A DNA stretch of 64,000 nucleotides from Mustelus asterias (taxonomy: Eukaryota). Positions 23,745 to 36,369 of this stretch are shown piece after piece (the stretch's first letter is position 1; each line of letters begins with the position of its first letter). Below the pieces are notes generated by a model. It ran no database searches. It saw nothing but the letters and a program-made list of their open reading frames with translations, and was not told where the DNA came from. Position numbers and translations under genes: made by a program. The stretch covers positions 1,860,001 through 1,924,000 of the forward strand of contig NC_135832.1 of the NCBI RefSeq assembly GCF_964213995.1. Reading direction: 5' to 3'.

Positions 23745-24545
23745 CGTTGTAAGTGTGCGTGAAGTTTTGTGATTGACTCTTGAGCAACTTTTAGTGGATA
23801 AATCAAAATACCTAACACTCTCGAAAGTCAACAAGCAACGATTTTTAAAAAATCTAACAAACAATGAACAGGTTAACTAAACTATTAATGAACCGAATAA
23901 AACTCAAATCTAATGGAATTCTCTTTATATGAGTACAACTCCCACTTATTAACAAAAAATAGAATTTAATCACTCTCTCGATTACAACCAGGTTTGGCGT
24001 CTTCCAGAATATTCTCCGCTTTCTCTATTGATTCTTCTGTCTGAAATCTTTGTCGACTTTGGTGCCTTTTCTATCGAGATGAGAATTCCCCTTGAGACAC
24101 GTCTGGGGCAAATGGGAGTTGCTTTCTCCACTTTTTGTCCCACTGACTCTTCTTTTATACCTGCAATGACATGGCGGCATCTCCTACAATAGGATTAGTG
24201 CCACGTTGCCAAAACAATCACATTTAAATCTAATGCGTTGCTGGTTTTCAAGTGCATGATTTAGAGTGTTTGGCAGAATTTTTAAAAAAATATCAAAAGC
24301 CTCTTTGTTGCCCTGGCAACGTTCGTGCCTGGTCCTTCGATAAAAAAATGTTCCATTCAGGGACCCCATATGATCCTGCATGTTTTTTTTTAACTTTCTA
24401 AACACACACAAAATCGCCACCTTTTTAACCGATTAATGCAATGCTTTCCCCTTCGCGTTTTACTTTCTTTTTAAATAATTTTATAAACACCAAATTCTAA
24501 CATTCGAATACTTAATTTGAAATTAACTTATTGAACCTCACAACA
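23745..24545 (-). mobile_element. Possible solo LTR in intron 3
   Basis: Imperfect inverted termini cgttgtaag ... ctcacaaca and a TATAAA on the minus strand; no clear TSD. Confidence 0.3.
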
Positions 24546-26589
24546 GTCGGGTAACAATTTTCTTGGAATCACAATTGATGAACTTTTCCAATTTAAATTT
24601 TGTTGTCTGAAACTCGGGTGTGAAACCGGAAATAAATTTCAAATGATAATGAAATGCGATAGCAACGATTGGAATAAATGACATACTGTTTGCTCCTTCA
24701 GATCAAATATCAGACAGCTCTGTCAGGATGGTTTCTCGTTCAGATTGCATCAGTTTGAATGATGAAAACATTGTGTGAATGTCTTATTTGAAAAGACAGT
24801 CACAGAATGAAACAAACTGACTTTTTTGGTCTCGGCATTTTGAACAATCCGTCTAACGAGGCTCCATCATTTTGTGGCATTTACCGGATGGTCTCGTGCA
24901 CTTTTCCCCTTTGAGGATTTATGCAAGTCCCCTTGTGAAAGTTACCATCAACAATGCTCTGATCGCCCTTTCAGAAATGCTCCAGATCGGAAAACTCACT
25001 GTGAAGCAATCAATCTCCTCATCTTCCCTGTTTTTTTCTGCCAATTTTCTTCAATCTGTGTCTCTTTTGTTACTGACCTCCTGCCAATAGGCATCGTTTC
25101 TTTCTCCTGCTTAATCAATCTCGCGATTATATGAAGCACATAATCTTCTCTGTTTTAAGGACTACAATCCCATTTTCTCCAGTCTCCCCACATTTGCTGA
25201 AGTTGCCCAATAGCGTTAATTCCTCTCTGCACCTTCTCTCCATCTTTCACATCCTTCCCCAAAAAGCGGTGCACTGAACTATCGACCACCTTGCAAACTT
25301 GTCCGTGACTGGTTAGCATAAAATAACTCCCCTTGTTTCTGGACTCGATTACTCAGGATGCATCGAGGATCCATTTATCTTTCAGCAACACTTGCATTTT
25401 ACCTTCCCATCTCGAACAACAAAATGAAACATGGAATGATTCCTGCATAAAAGCAGGCCATTCAGCCCATTGTGTTGTTGTTTTCTCTGTAAGAACATCC
25501 CACTTAGTCCCACTCTCCTGCCTTTTCTCGTCACCGAGCAATTCCTTCCTTTTCAGATCACTCGCTAATTCTCTTTTGAAAGCTGTCGTTGTACTGCCTC
25601 ACCCTCAAGCAGTGCATTCGAAATGAAGAACATTATCACTACAGAAGGCTTCTTCACCATATTGCTGTTTATTTCTCTGCAATTCCAAAAGATTTCTGCC
25701 CTCTGGTTCCATAACTTTCGATCATGAAGAATAGTCTCTCTCTGTCTACCATGTCCACACCACTCATCATCTGGAAGCCCCACTTCCGAAACTCTCACAA
25801 CATTCCATTCTCCAAAGCGAACTGTGCAGTACGCGACCTAACGCACACAACGTAATTTCCTCATTCCTGGCGCCATCCTCATGACACTTTTCTGCACTGT
25901 TTCCAAGGACCTCATATTTTTCATAACATGTTGTGCCCTGATTTGAGACAACACAGAGTACTGTAAGCGTTGATCATTACTTGCTTCTTGTTGAACTCAC
26001 TGCTCCTTTTTCTAATGCTTGGTAAACTGTATTCTTTAGTAACCATCCTGCTCCATTCAATGATTTGTGCACAAAAAGAGCCAGTTCCATCAATATTGAT
26101 TTTCGGAATAGTAAACTTGGGAACTCTCAAAATCGATTTTTTTTGAAGGTTTAGAACCTGATTGGAATGTTCCAAAATAATGCACATACCAGAAAGTAAA
26201 ACGGAACTTCAAACATATTTTACGCAGAATTTTAAGCGTGTGAAATTAGATTCTGGAAATTAAAAATAAAAATGAATGACGGTGTTAGAAAACAAGCCTG
26301 TTGTTACAAACAGCTTCTATTCTTCATTATTGCCTGCGTGTAAAGCGCATCCAGTATAGAATCAGTTACAAAATCCACTGTCTGAAAGAAGGTGTGCAGG
26401 CTGATTCAAAAGCAGCTTCCAATAACATAAATATATTCTGAGTGAAGGGAATAAATGACAGGGCGCTGGAGAAATATTAGTTGCCTCGCTCCTGTGCTTA
26501 ATTGAAGGACTTCAGGTGCTTACATTCTACTGCATTACTCCAACTGATAATAACTTGAATTTCAACAATCATTGTGAAACACGACAAAG

Positions 26590-27583
26590 AACAGAGAGGA
26601 GTACAGCACAGGAGCAGGCCCGTCGGCCCTGCAAGCCTATGCCAATCATGATGTCAGCTTAAACTAAACCCGTATGCACTTACGGAGTCTGTCTGCTTCC
26701 ATCTGCATCCCATTCCTTTATTCATCATGATGCCCCTTAAATAGCGCTTTCGTATCTGCTCCCACTGCATCCCAGGCAGCACGTTCCAGACACTTAGCAC
26801 CCTCTGTGCAAAATACTTGCCTCGCACTTCTCCGCTAACCTTTTCCCCATGAACCTCAAACCTATGTCCCCTCGGACTTGACTTTTCGACCATGGGATAG
26901 AGCATCTGACTATCCACACAGTCCATGCCGTTCATGATCCTCCAAACCACTATCAGTTCGCCCCTCAACCTCTGTCTTTGTAGTGAGAACTAACCGAGTT
27001 GATCCAACCTCTCCTCACAGCTAATACCTTCCAGGCCAGGCACGATCCTGGTAAACTTCTTCTGCTCCCTCCCCAAAGCATCGACATCCTTCTGGTAGAA
27101 TGGCGACCAGTTATCTACACGATGTTCCAGATGGGGCCTCACTAACCTTCTGTACAGCTGCCGCATGACCTGCCCATTCTTATACTCAATGCCCCGACCG
27201 ATGAAGTCAAGCATGATGTATGCCTTCCTAACCTCCTTATCCACCTGGTTTGCCACTTTCAGTGATCGCTGGACATGTGCGCTCAGATATCTCTGCCTGG
27301 CAATAATCCTAAGGGTTCTACCATATACTCTATAATACCGACATTCATCGGACCTTCCAAAATGCATAACCTCACATTTGTCCAGATTAAACTCCATCTG
27401 CCATTTCCCCGCCCAATTCTACAACCAGTCAATGACTTGCTCTATCCTCTGATAATCCTCTACACTATCTGCAACTCCACCATGTTTTTGTCGTCTGCGA
27501 ACTTTCTATTCAGACCAGCTACGTGCTCCTCCAAATCATTTATATGCACTACAAACAACAAAGCTCTCAGAACCGATCCCTGG
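26590..27583 (-). mobile_element. 5'-truncated CR1 in intron 3, abutting the C1-exon splice donor
   Basis: QGSVL..INDL..KFADD, MEFNLDKCEVMHFGR, LVRPHLE; 3'UTR near 26590. Confidence 0.88.
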
Positions 27584-27590
27584 AACTCAC

Positions 27591-27920
27591 CTGTGTCAGT
27601 CGCTGCTGTTTTGGGGGACGACACACTTTTTGTCCAATATATCCCTGGAGTCCCCAGTTGAGCAATACAAGTACAGACACCACCACTTCTCCATGTTTCA
27701 CTCGACACTATGATGTGACTTCTGATGCTGTATGTCCCGTCACCCGCCATTGTCCCGGGATCGCTCCATCCATGAGTGACAAGGCCCGAAATATTCCAGA
27801 AAATAGCAATCCGGTTGGAAGAGATTTCACTGACCAAACACACTAAGAGCACGGCATCATTCAAATCCAGTTCACCCGGAGGGACAAATACCAGCACAGC
27901 CGACTTGTTGGTGGAACTAT
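27591..27920 (-). CDS. V-C1 IgSF receptor exon 3 (Ig C1-set domain)
   Basis: VLVFVPP, LLVCLV, IAIFWNIS, GDGTYSIRSHIIVS, W, VCTCIAQ; tgtccag acceptor, CAG|gtgagt donor, 330 nt, phase 1-1. Confidence 0.92.
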
Positions 27921-28011
27921 CTGGACAATGATTTGGACATAGTTAATGATATAATTTACACACAATGATAATACTGTGTATAATCCGAATTAATTTTCCG
28001 AGCTCTCTTAC

Positions 28012-28338
28012 CTCCAACCAGTAGTGTCACTGCCTTCTGGGGCTGTGCATAGCTAGCTACATGAGCACAGTAGTAGGTTCCCGAATCATTCACTTGGATA
28101 TTACGCATTTCCAGAATCAATACATTTTCCTGATTCCCTTTTTTAGAAATAAACTTACAATCATCCCCAGTGCAGGAAGTAGTATCTATTGGCATAGGCC
28201 CTTCACCCACACGCTGGTTGAACCAAGCGAAGCTCGACACCAATTCCACTTCGTAAATGAAGTGGCAGAATAATTCTAAATTCTGGCCGACTTCAGCTGT
28301 CATAGCGAAGGGACTCTGAGACAGAGAGGAACATAATT
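28012..28338 (-). CDS. V-C1 IgSF receptor exon 2 (Ig V-set domain)
   Basis: LSQSP..VGQNLELFC, AWFNQRVGEGP, LILEMRNIQVNDSGTYYC, VTLLVG; ctctatttgcag acceptor, GAG|gtaag donor, 327 nt, phase 1-1. Confidence 0.93.
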
Positions 28339-28610
28339 CTGCAAATAGAGAAATTATTGTTATCTAAACACGCATGCTGGGGATGATCACGTAGCTGCTT
28401 TAAGAAAAATAATCTACGTCTTCAATATAATAACAATCTCATTATTGTCCATGATCATTGTTGGTTAGGCTTATTCTTCAATTTCGTTTTTGATGATCAG
28501 GTCAAACGACTTCACGTGATGACTGGGTCAGGGTTTTAGCTCGGCAAAATCTCAACGTGGCTGATTACCATTTAAAATGTTTTCAATGAAAATTGTCACC
28601 CAGGTCTTAC

Positions 28611-28659
28611 CGTAAACCCCTTGGAAAATCATTATCAGTGTTACCCATGGCTTGGCCAT
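28611..28659 (-). CDS. V-C1 IgSF receptor exon 1 (leader, MAKPWVTLIMIFQGVY)
   Basis: actATGG Kozak context, 49 nt, G|gtaag phase-1 donor, hydrophobic leader. Confidence 0.85.
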
Positions 28660-28994
28660 AGTCAGGCGGGTGAGTGTCCCCTGTTGTTGCTCTCACTGAG
28701 TTGTTACTGCAGTTGGAGTTGCCGCAGCCTGACCTGAGCTCAGTTCAATTGACTTGCTGCCCTTTCAGGTGCAATGGAAACAATGATGGGCTGTGCTGTG
28801 GAAAGTATGACACTTTTCTGCGTGCCGTGTCCGGGTGATTGCAACATTAATTTTGCACAGTGTGGTCAACCTCTGTACGTCACAGTGTGCCAGGAGCAGA
28901 ATGTCGAACTAAAGTTGAATGGGTGGATTTCAGAGTACGCGACTGAATAAAAGCTGAACTGATGTATGCTGAATATTGTCGAGACACTTTATAC

Positions 28995-29318
28995 GTTCAC
29001 AAACAGAACGTATAAAGACACAGACTCAATTTACAAGACTTGTCTGTCTTGTCTGGAGACAATACACATCTTTTTAGCCTGTCTTGATGCTCTCTCCACT
29101 CCCATTGTTTTGTTTCTTAAAGACTGGATTAGTTGTAAGTATTCGCATTCCAACCATTATTCATGTAAATTGAGTCTGTGTCTTTATAAGTTCTGTTTGT
29201 GAACAGAATTCCCACTCACCTGAAGAAGGGGCTTAGAGCTTCGAAAGCTTGTGTGGCTTTTGCTCCCAAATAAACCTGTTGGACTTTAACCTGGTGTTGT
29301 TAAACTTCTTACTGTGTT
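28995..29318 (+). mobile_element. Penelope pLTR/3' fragment with a short inverted segment at its 5' side
   Basis: 28995-29035 is the reverse complement of about 29164-29204; body homologous to 66-240 and 42930-43190. Confidence 0.85.
29217..29253 (+). ncRNA. Minimal type I hammerhead ribozyme motif
   Basis: cac CUGAAGA a ggggc-uuaga-gcuuc GAAA GCUU gug. Confidence 0.7.
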
Positions 29319-31714
29319 AATCCATTTTAATACAGTTATCAGGTCGTCCCTCAGCATTCTCTTATTTAGTTAATCGAGACCCAATCTGTTCACCCCTGTT
29401 TTTTTTGTGTGTATCTCAGCCCTGCTATCAATCTTGAATTATTGTGAATGCACTTTGTCAGTGTTTCAATTCTTTGCACAATCACAGTTCCTCTAAGGAT
29501 TCAAATCTGCTTCCAATAAACAAAAAATATATATAAACTGATTAGCTTAATTTGTATGTTTCTCGTCAATATCATGAACACGTTCAACAAATGTTGTCTA
29601 ACATTTGAAAGTATTGACACAGCCTATAAACCAATCATTTAATCAGCTTTTTAGACAGCCCAGAACCCGCGGCCTCTGTTTGAGCTGTTTTTTTTTAGAT
29701 TCTGAAAGGTGATCGTGCGCCCACAGACTGTTGGAGAGTGAGTTTCTGCATTTTAAATAACAGAGGCAGAATCGTCTTGCATTCCCCGTAAGTAACCTAT
29801 TAAAATGTTTTTCCATTTGGGAATAACAGTGGACATGATTTTCAAAAAGAAACCACAATTAAGCCTCGATTGTAAACGCGGAATACATTGGGGAAATTAT
29901 CCCTTGCCTGTCATCTGTTAGTTTGAACGGCAATAAAGGTTTCTGGTGGTCGAAATTTCTATTGAAATAGACAAGTCTTCACAAATCAGACGGTCAGGAT
30001 TCAATTAAAATATTTCTCAGAGGAGATTAAACACATGATGGGAAGAGAAAACCTCCTTGATGTTGTAATGACAAAGGACAGCACAGGAAATCAACCGGGC
30101 AGTAGGGGGTTGAAAAAGCATGTGCCCGGTGACTTTTTATCGTTTTATAAAAGCAAAAGACAACTAATTAATATCGATTCGTTTATCGGATGTGACTATC
30201 GCTTGTCCATTCCTAATTTCCCCTGAAGAAGGCGATCAGGAGCTGCATTCTTGACCACTATTGTCCACACGTGTGGATAATCCAACAATGCTTTTAGAGT
30301 GACAGTTCCAGGATTTTGACCGAGCGTCAACAAGGAAACAGCGATGAAGGGGCGAATCACGTTGCTGTACGGCTAGGTGTGCAATTGGAGGATCTGGTGC
30401 ACCCATATGCCTTATGCTATTGCTGCCTTCTTCCAGAATGTGATAGATTTTCTGTGCTGTTGCCGTGTTTTGAGCAATTCCAGTGGGCCGCTGATGAAAG
30501 GATTGTGCGATTGTGAATAATGGTGGGTTCACTTTAATTCAAGTTCCGGGCATGGCAGTTTGCATTCTTACCCGGTATTACATCGACTTGTAGACTATTA
30601 ACAAGTTTAATTATGCACCAGTCGTCTGTACTCTGCTTCGTTGAATGCATCCAAGGCAGTAAAACCCTCTTTCATTCGTCTCACTGCTTTCTCGCTGCGG
30701 ACAGTTGCGTACGTGAAGCACCTCAACTGCAAAAACAAGAGAGCCAATGAAAGCTTCAAACATAATTTTCCATCTCAAGCATAACGTTATAAATTGGTCA
30801 CAAACTTGGTCAACAATTTCCGCCCTTCTATGCGTTTTGCACAGCCCCGAATGGGCTGTGGTTGGAATATTTTGATGTTCACAGCTAACACCCGCAGTCA
30901 CAGCCAAAGCTGCTGAGATCCGCTCTCTGCTGCAAGCTCTCGTGAATCACTTCTTCGTTTGTCAAGTAAAGCATTTTTGCAAACCAGTCCATGCCCTCAG
31001 TAAAGTGCAACATCATTTGTTTACTTAAGGCCCCATTCAGACAGTAATAAATTCTTCCGGGATCTTCACGTTCATATTAATGTAACACACTGTTGCCTCC
31101 CAGCGTCCATTCCTCAGCACTCTCCTGAACATTCACTGATATGGATGCCTGCGACACTTTCAAAGACTGCACGGGACGGATTCTTTCTGCTGTGAGTTGA
31201 TAATTGGCTCATGTTTCCCTTAAGGAAATTCTATCAATAATCCTTTGACTCAGTGGCAGTTTCTAATTGTTCTCTCTGTCAGTATCATGTATTTTAACCA
31301 TTTGCTCGAACCGTCGTGATGATCCGGTTCCTGTGCTTCTTCCTCATTGGGATTTGATTCCGTGTAGTAGTTGATTGGGTGAATATTGATGCTCAGCAGT
31401 GGTATTTTACTGAATGCTTTCATGACCTTGTATCACTTTGAAACACGGGTTGCAGTTTCTTATTTCAGAAAACCGAGTGAAATGATCCCACAAAGCAAAA
31501 CTAAAAATGAATCATTCTGGAAAGCTCATTATTGACAGTCTCACTGTCTAAAAGAGTCATTCAAAACTACCCCACCGCCCCCCACACATACACACACCCA
31601 AGTCATCCCCATGGTATAGACGTTTTAATGTTTCAAAAATTCTTTTCTGATTTATTCTGAGTTAAATTAATATTTCAAAAGTATATTTTTTTCCAATGGT
31701 GGAAGACTGTTTCG

Positions 31715-33900
31715 TCACATGAAATAGGGCAGGAACAGGCCACTCGGTCCCTCGATCCTGCTCCGCCACTCGAGGAGATCATGCCTAATCTTGTTGTGAC
31801 CTTTCCTCCACTTTGTTGTGAACCTCCCCTTAGTGACATTATGAATCAAAAAATCTCCCTAAATCAGTCATAAATATATGCATTGACGCATCCCGCACTG
31901 ATCTGCGTGAATGACAATTTCGAACACCAGTGACCCACAGAGAGATTGAATTCAATGCTCTCTAATTCAGTTCTTAAATTCCGATCTCTGCTTCGAGACA
32001 CTCGAGGAGGAATCCAGTGTCAGCGTCGTCCAAACTGTTTGAATACCAACATACCAACAACAAGCAGGATCAGGCTGTCCAGCCTCTCGACTCAGATCCA
32101 TCATGAATAGAATCATGATTGAACTGATAATAACCTCAATTCTGCATCCCACTTAACAAAGCTAACTTATCAACTGGCTTTAAATTACATTATCTATTGC
32201 TACTTTTAACATTTTCAAAGATTCGACTTTCAAACCATTTTCAGGAAGCGAGTTCAAAATACTCACAACGATGTGATATAATAAAAGAAATCCTCATTTC
32301 CATTTTAAAAGAACGTCACATTAATGTTAAATGATGATCCTTATACCTAGATTGCCAGAAGGAAAGAATCATCCTTTCGACACATACTCACTCAAGAACC
32401 TTAAGGATATTATTCGTTTCACTGCAGTAGGCTCTTACCCTTCTCAACTTTTGTGGATTCGAGCCCAACCAGTCCAACATTTACTCATAAGATAAAGTGG
32501 GCATTAGGCCAGTGAACCCTTGAACGGTTTTCAATGCATTTTCAATCGCCAATAAAAAATGGGCACGAAACTTCAATGGTGGTCTGTCGGGAACCTATCG
32601 AGCTGAAGCATAACCTGCAAACTTTTGTAAACAATTCCCCTCACAATACATGATAACATTATATTTGCTTCACTAATTACTTGCTGTAAAAGCATATTAG
32701 CATTTGATTCATTCATGCCCCAGTGCAGTCAGATACTCTCTGCACTTCAGTGGTCTGCAATGTCCGACCGTTTAGGTAACGTGCTTCATTTTAACTCATC
32801 CTTCCACAATTAACAATTTCACATTTTACATTTCCACCACATTATGTTCCAATTGCCAGATCCGTGCTTTAACTGCCTATATTTTTGGCTTCCATATAAT
32901 CTGTTCATAATTTCCAACACATCTCTGCATCATCGTAAAATGTAACAAACATCCTTCTTGCCTTGATCCACATTATTCACATATGAAATCACAGCACTGA
33001 TCCCTGTGGCACACCAAAACTTGCACATTTCCAAACTGAAAAAGATCAAGTTATCCCTCGTTTCTGCTTTCTGTTCGCCGGCCAATGTTCTATCCGTGCA
33101 ATATCTTCCCGTTAGAACTTTAGTTTTTAATTTCTGCAATAAACGGTATCATAGTACTTTAGCAAATATCTGCTGGAAATCGAAGTACAGTACATCAGCC
33201 GATCCCCCTTCATCCAGAGCGCGTTATTTCCTCAATTAACTACAATAAGTGAGTGAATATGATTTCCCTTGCAACAAACCATGTTGGTCCAGTCTGATTT
33301 CGTTCAACTTATCAAAGCAACATCCTTTAACTTATTTAGGAATATCTTCTCCCATTTTCTATATCACAGATGGCAAGTTAACTCGTAGTTTCCTGGTTTT
33401 GGTCTCCCTACATTTTTTAATATAGGAGTAACATATGCTATCTTCCATGACATAGGGCTCCTCCAGAATCTGTGGGGATTTGGAAGAATTAAAATAAATG
33501 CATCACTTTCAATTTATTTTAAGACGTGAGAATGAAATCCATCAGGTCTCGAGCACTTCTCAACCTGAACTCCAACAATTTACTCAGTTCCAATATTCTG
33601 TGGAGTGTAATTTTCATTATTTCATCCTTTCTTTTCGTTTTTTCTGGGTTTCTATGACCGAGCACATACCTTGATTCTTCGATCATGAAGCGTGATGAAA
33701 AATACTTGTTCAATTCATCTGTTAGATGCTTGATTGCCATTACCAATCCACAAGACTCACTTTCTATAAGACGAGCAATCAATGTGTTAACTATTTTTGA
33801 GACGATTTATTATCTTTTTAATCTTACTGTTTTTATTGTTTATAGCTCGCTTCACATTCTTCTCTAATTTGTGTCTCATTTTAATCTTTTAATCATCCGT
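31715..33900 (-). mobile_element. Old degenerate CR1 fragments
   Basis: Minus-strand remnants of CR1 RT and 3'UTR (e.g. DELNKYFSS). Confidence 0.65.
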
Positions 33901-35334
33901 TATGTTATTCATATTCTGCACAATATTCCATCCACCACCTCATACCTCCCGCCCCCACCCCCCGTCATCCAGCTACCCCCTCCCCACCCTCAGACCCGCC
34001 ACGCCCACCTCCCACCATCACCAACGCCACCACCAACCCCGGCATCTGTCTTTGCACAGTTGTATTCCTTTTTCTGAAGTTTGATACTACACTTAACCGT
34101 TCCAGTTGACAATGAACTGTTGTTCCGTCCCTTGGAAGGCTTCTTAGTAGGTGGCATGTATTTTCACTGTATTTGAAGCGATCCACTTAAATGTTTAATA
34201 CCCATCTGACTCACTCATGCCCTTTTGGGAAGGAAATATGCTGTCCTTCCTTGGTCCAGCCTTCCTGAGACGCCAGAACCACAGCAGCGTGTTTGACTCT
34301 GAACTGTCTTTCACCAACTAAGGCGATCAATGCCTACCAACCAGCGATGCCCAGGTCCTTTGAAAGAATAAAAAAAAGCTTTGCATTGCATCACAATTGA
34401 GCGATTCCTTGCCCAATTTGCCCACACACTTTAGCCAGCTCAGTCCTCATGTTTTCATAACCCCCCGCCTTATCATAGAATCCCGACAGTGCAGAAGGAG
34501 GCTTTTTGGCCTATCGAGCCTGCATTGACTACAATCGGTCCCAGTCCCTATCCCCATAGCCCCACGTATTTATCCTACTAGCTCCTTTCTTTAAGTTGAA
34601 AATCCAGAACTATTCCTCGCAAATATCGAACAGTAACTTTCAACCGGATTAAGGAGGCTGCAAAATCAATCAATGTTCACTGATAAATTTATAGCCAGCA
34701 ACACCTGCTTGATTTTATTTTCTGTGTGGTAATTGGAAGAAATATCTCCTGCCAGTAATAGAGCGGATCAACATTCTGTCTTGTTCGGTAGTTGCTCGCT
34801 TAATGTCCATTATCACTCTGACTGGAAGCAAACTTGAATCTAACAATGAAAGGACAAGCTATGTTTTAAAGAGTCATATCTTAAACACTGAACCAAAGTA
34901 CAATTCAAGGAGTTTGCTCTCTAATATAGGACGTCATAGAGTGCCGTATCGTAGAGTATTTAGGTTATGTGCTTTTTATTAGTGCATCCGACTACAACGG
35001 GCAATTTCACATTTTCCCACATTCTGTTCCATTTGCAAGATACGTGCACACTCACTTAATCTATTTATATTTTTTGCAGAACTGTAATGCCTGTTCATAT
35101 GTCCGTGCCCACAAGTTTGCATGGATATCCATGCGTGTACTTATGTGTATGTCTCTGCGTTTGTATGTGTGTTTTATTAATTTAGGGTGTGCGTGTATCA
35201 CGCATGCTGGCAGCATAAATTACACCACAATAATTGTCCCAGGGAAAATTCACACGAGCAGAGGAATCAGGAGCACGACGAGGCCATTCATATTACGTAG
35301 CCTGTTCCTCCAATTAAGAAGATCACACTGATCT

Positions 35335-35880
35335 CATAGAACATAGAACATTACAGTGCAGTGCAGACCCTTCGGCCCTCGATGTTGCGCCGAGCAGAGG
35401 AACCAATCTAAAGCCCCTCTAATCTGCACTATTCCAGTATCATCCATTTGTTTATCCAATAACCATTTGAATGTTCTTAATGTTGACGAGTCCACTACTG
35501 CTGCAGGCAGGGCATTCCATGCCCTTACTACTCTCGGAGTGAAGAACCTATCTCTAACATCTGTCCTATATCTCTCTCCGCTCAATTTAAAGGTATGTCC
35601 CCTCGTGCTAGCCATCACCATCCGAGGAAAAAGGCACTCACTATCCACCCTATCTAATCCTCTGATCATCTTGTATGCCTCTATTAAGTCACCTCTTAAC
35701 CTTCTTCTCTGTAACGAAAACAACCTCAAGCCCCTCAGCCTTTCCTCATTCAATTTTCCCACCATACCAGGCAACATCCTGGTAAATCTCCTCTGCACCC
35801 TTTCCAACACTTCCACATCTTTCCTATAATACGGCGACCAGAACTGTACACAATACTCCAAATGCGGCCGCACCAGAGTT
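35335..35880 (-). mobile_element. CR1 3' fragment
   Basis: [13 protein letters not shown]..; catagaacatagaac tail. Confidence 0.92.
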
Positions 35881-36369
35881 TCTCAAATTTACACGGGGCC
35901 CACCTCGAATAGAAATTGACCCCTTTGTTAACACAGAAACTATCAAACTCAGTCTACTTGTTGGATTGAGAGTTCCAAGGATTCAGGACCTTGTAAGGGA
36001 GAAAACAAATCGCCTCACTCTGTTTGAATTGTATCCTGTTTGTATTTCTGTTTGAAGTGAAATCTAACTGTAACCCCAGATCCTCCATGAAGATGAAACA
36101 TTCTCTCCACATCCAGCTATTCAAGAATTTCCAGGATCCAACATATTTGTATCAAGCCGCGTCCTGAATCTTCTCAACTACAGTGGATACAAGCCTAGCC
36201 TGTGATTCAGGTGGCGATGAGCTTCCTTCGTGTGTCACTGCAGTGTCTGCTGTGTAAGTAAACACAAAGTGTTCTCAGAAGGAGACTGCCTGGATGTTTA
36301 CTCGCTGATACTGAGTGAACTGATATAGTTTCAAGTAGGACCTTGTGCGACGTGGAGTTCCATACGAGC

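Noticed and set aside
27591-28338. Calling the V and C1 exons an Ig light chain or TCR locus
   Set aside because: V is complete in one exon with no RSS or J segments, the TM is uncharged, and the multi-exon tail is long
28856-28920. Two CACAGTG heptamers (28856, 28881) upstream of the leader exon, suggesting RSS
   Set aside because: No ACAAAAACC-like nonamer at 12 or 23 bp, and they do not flank the V exon
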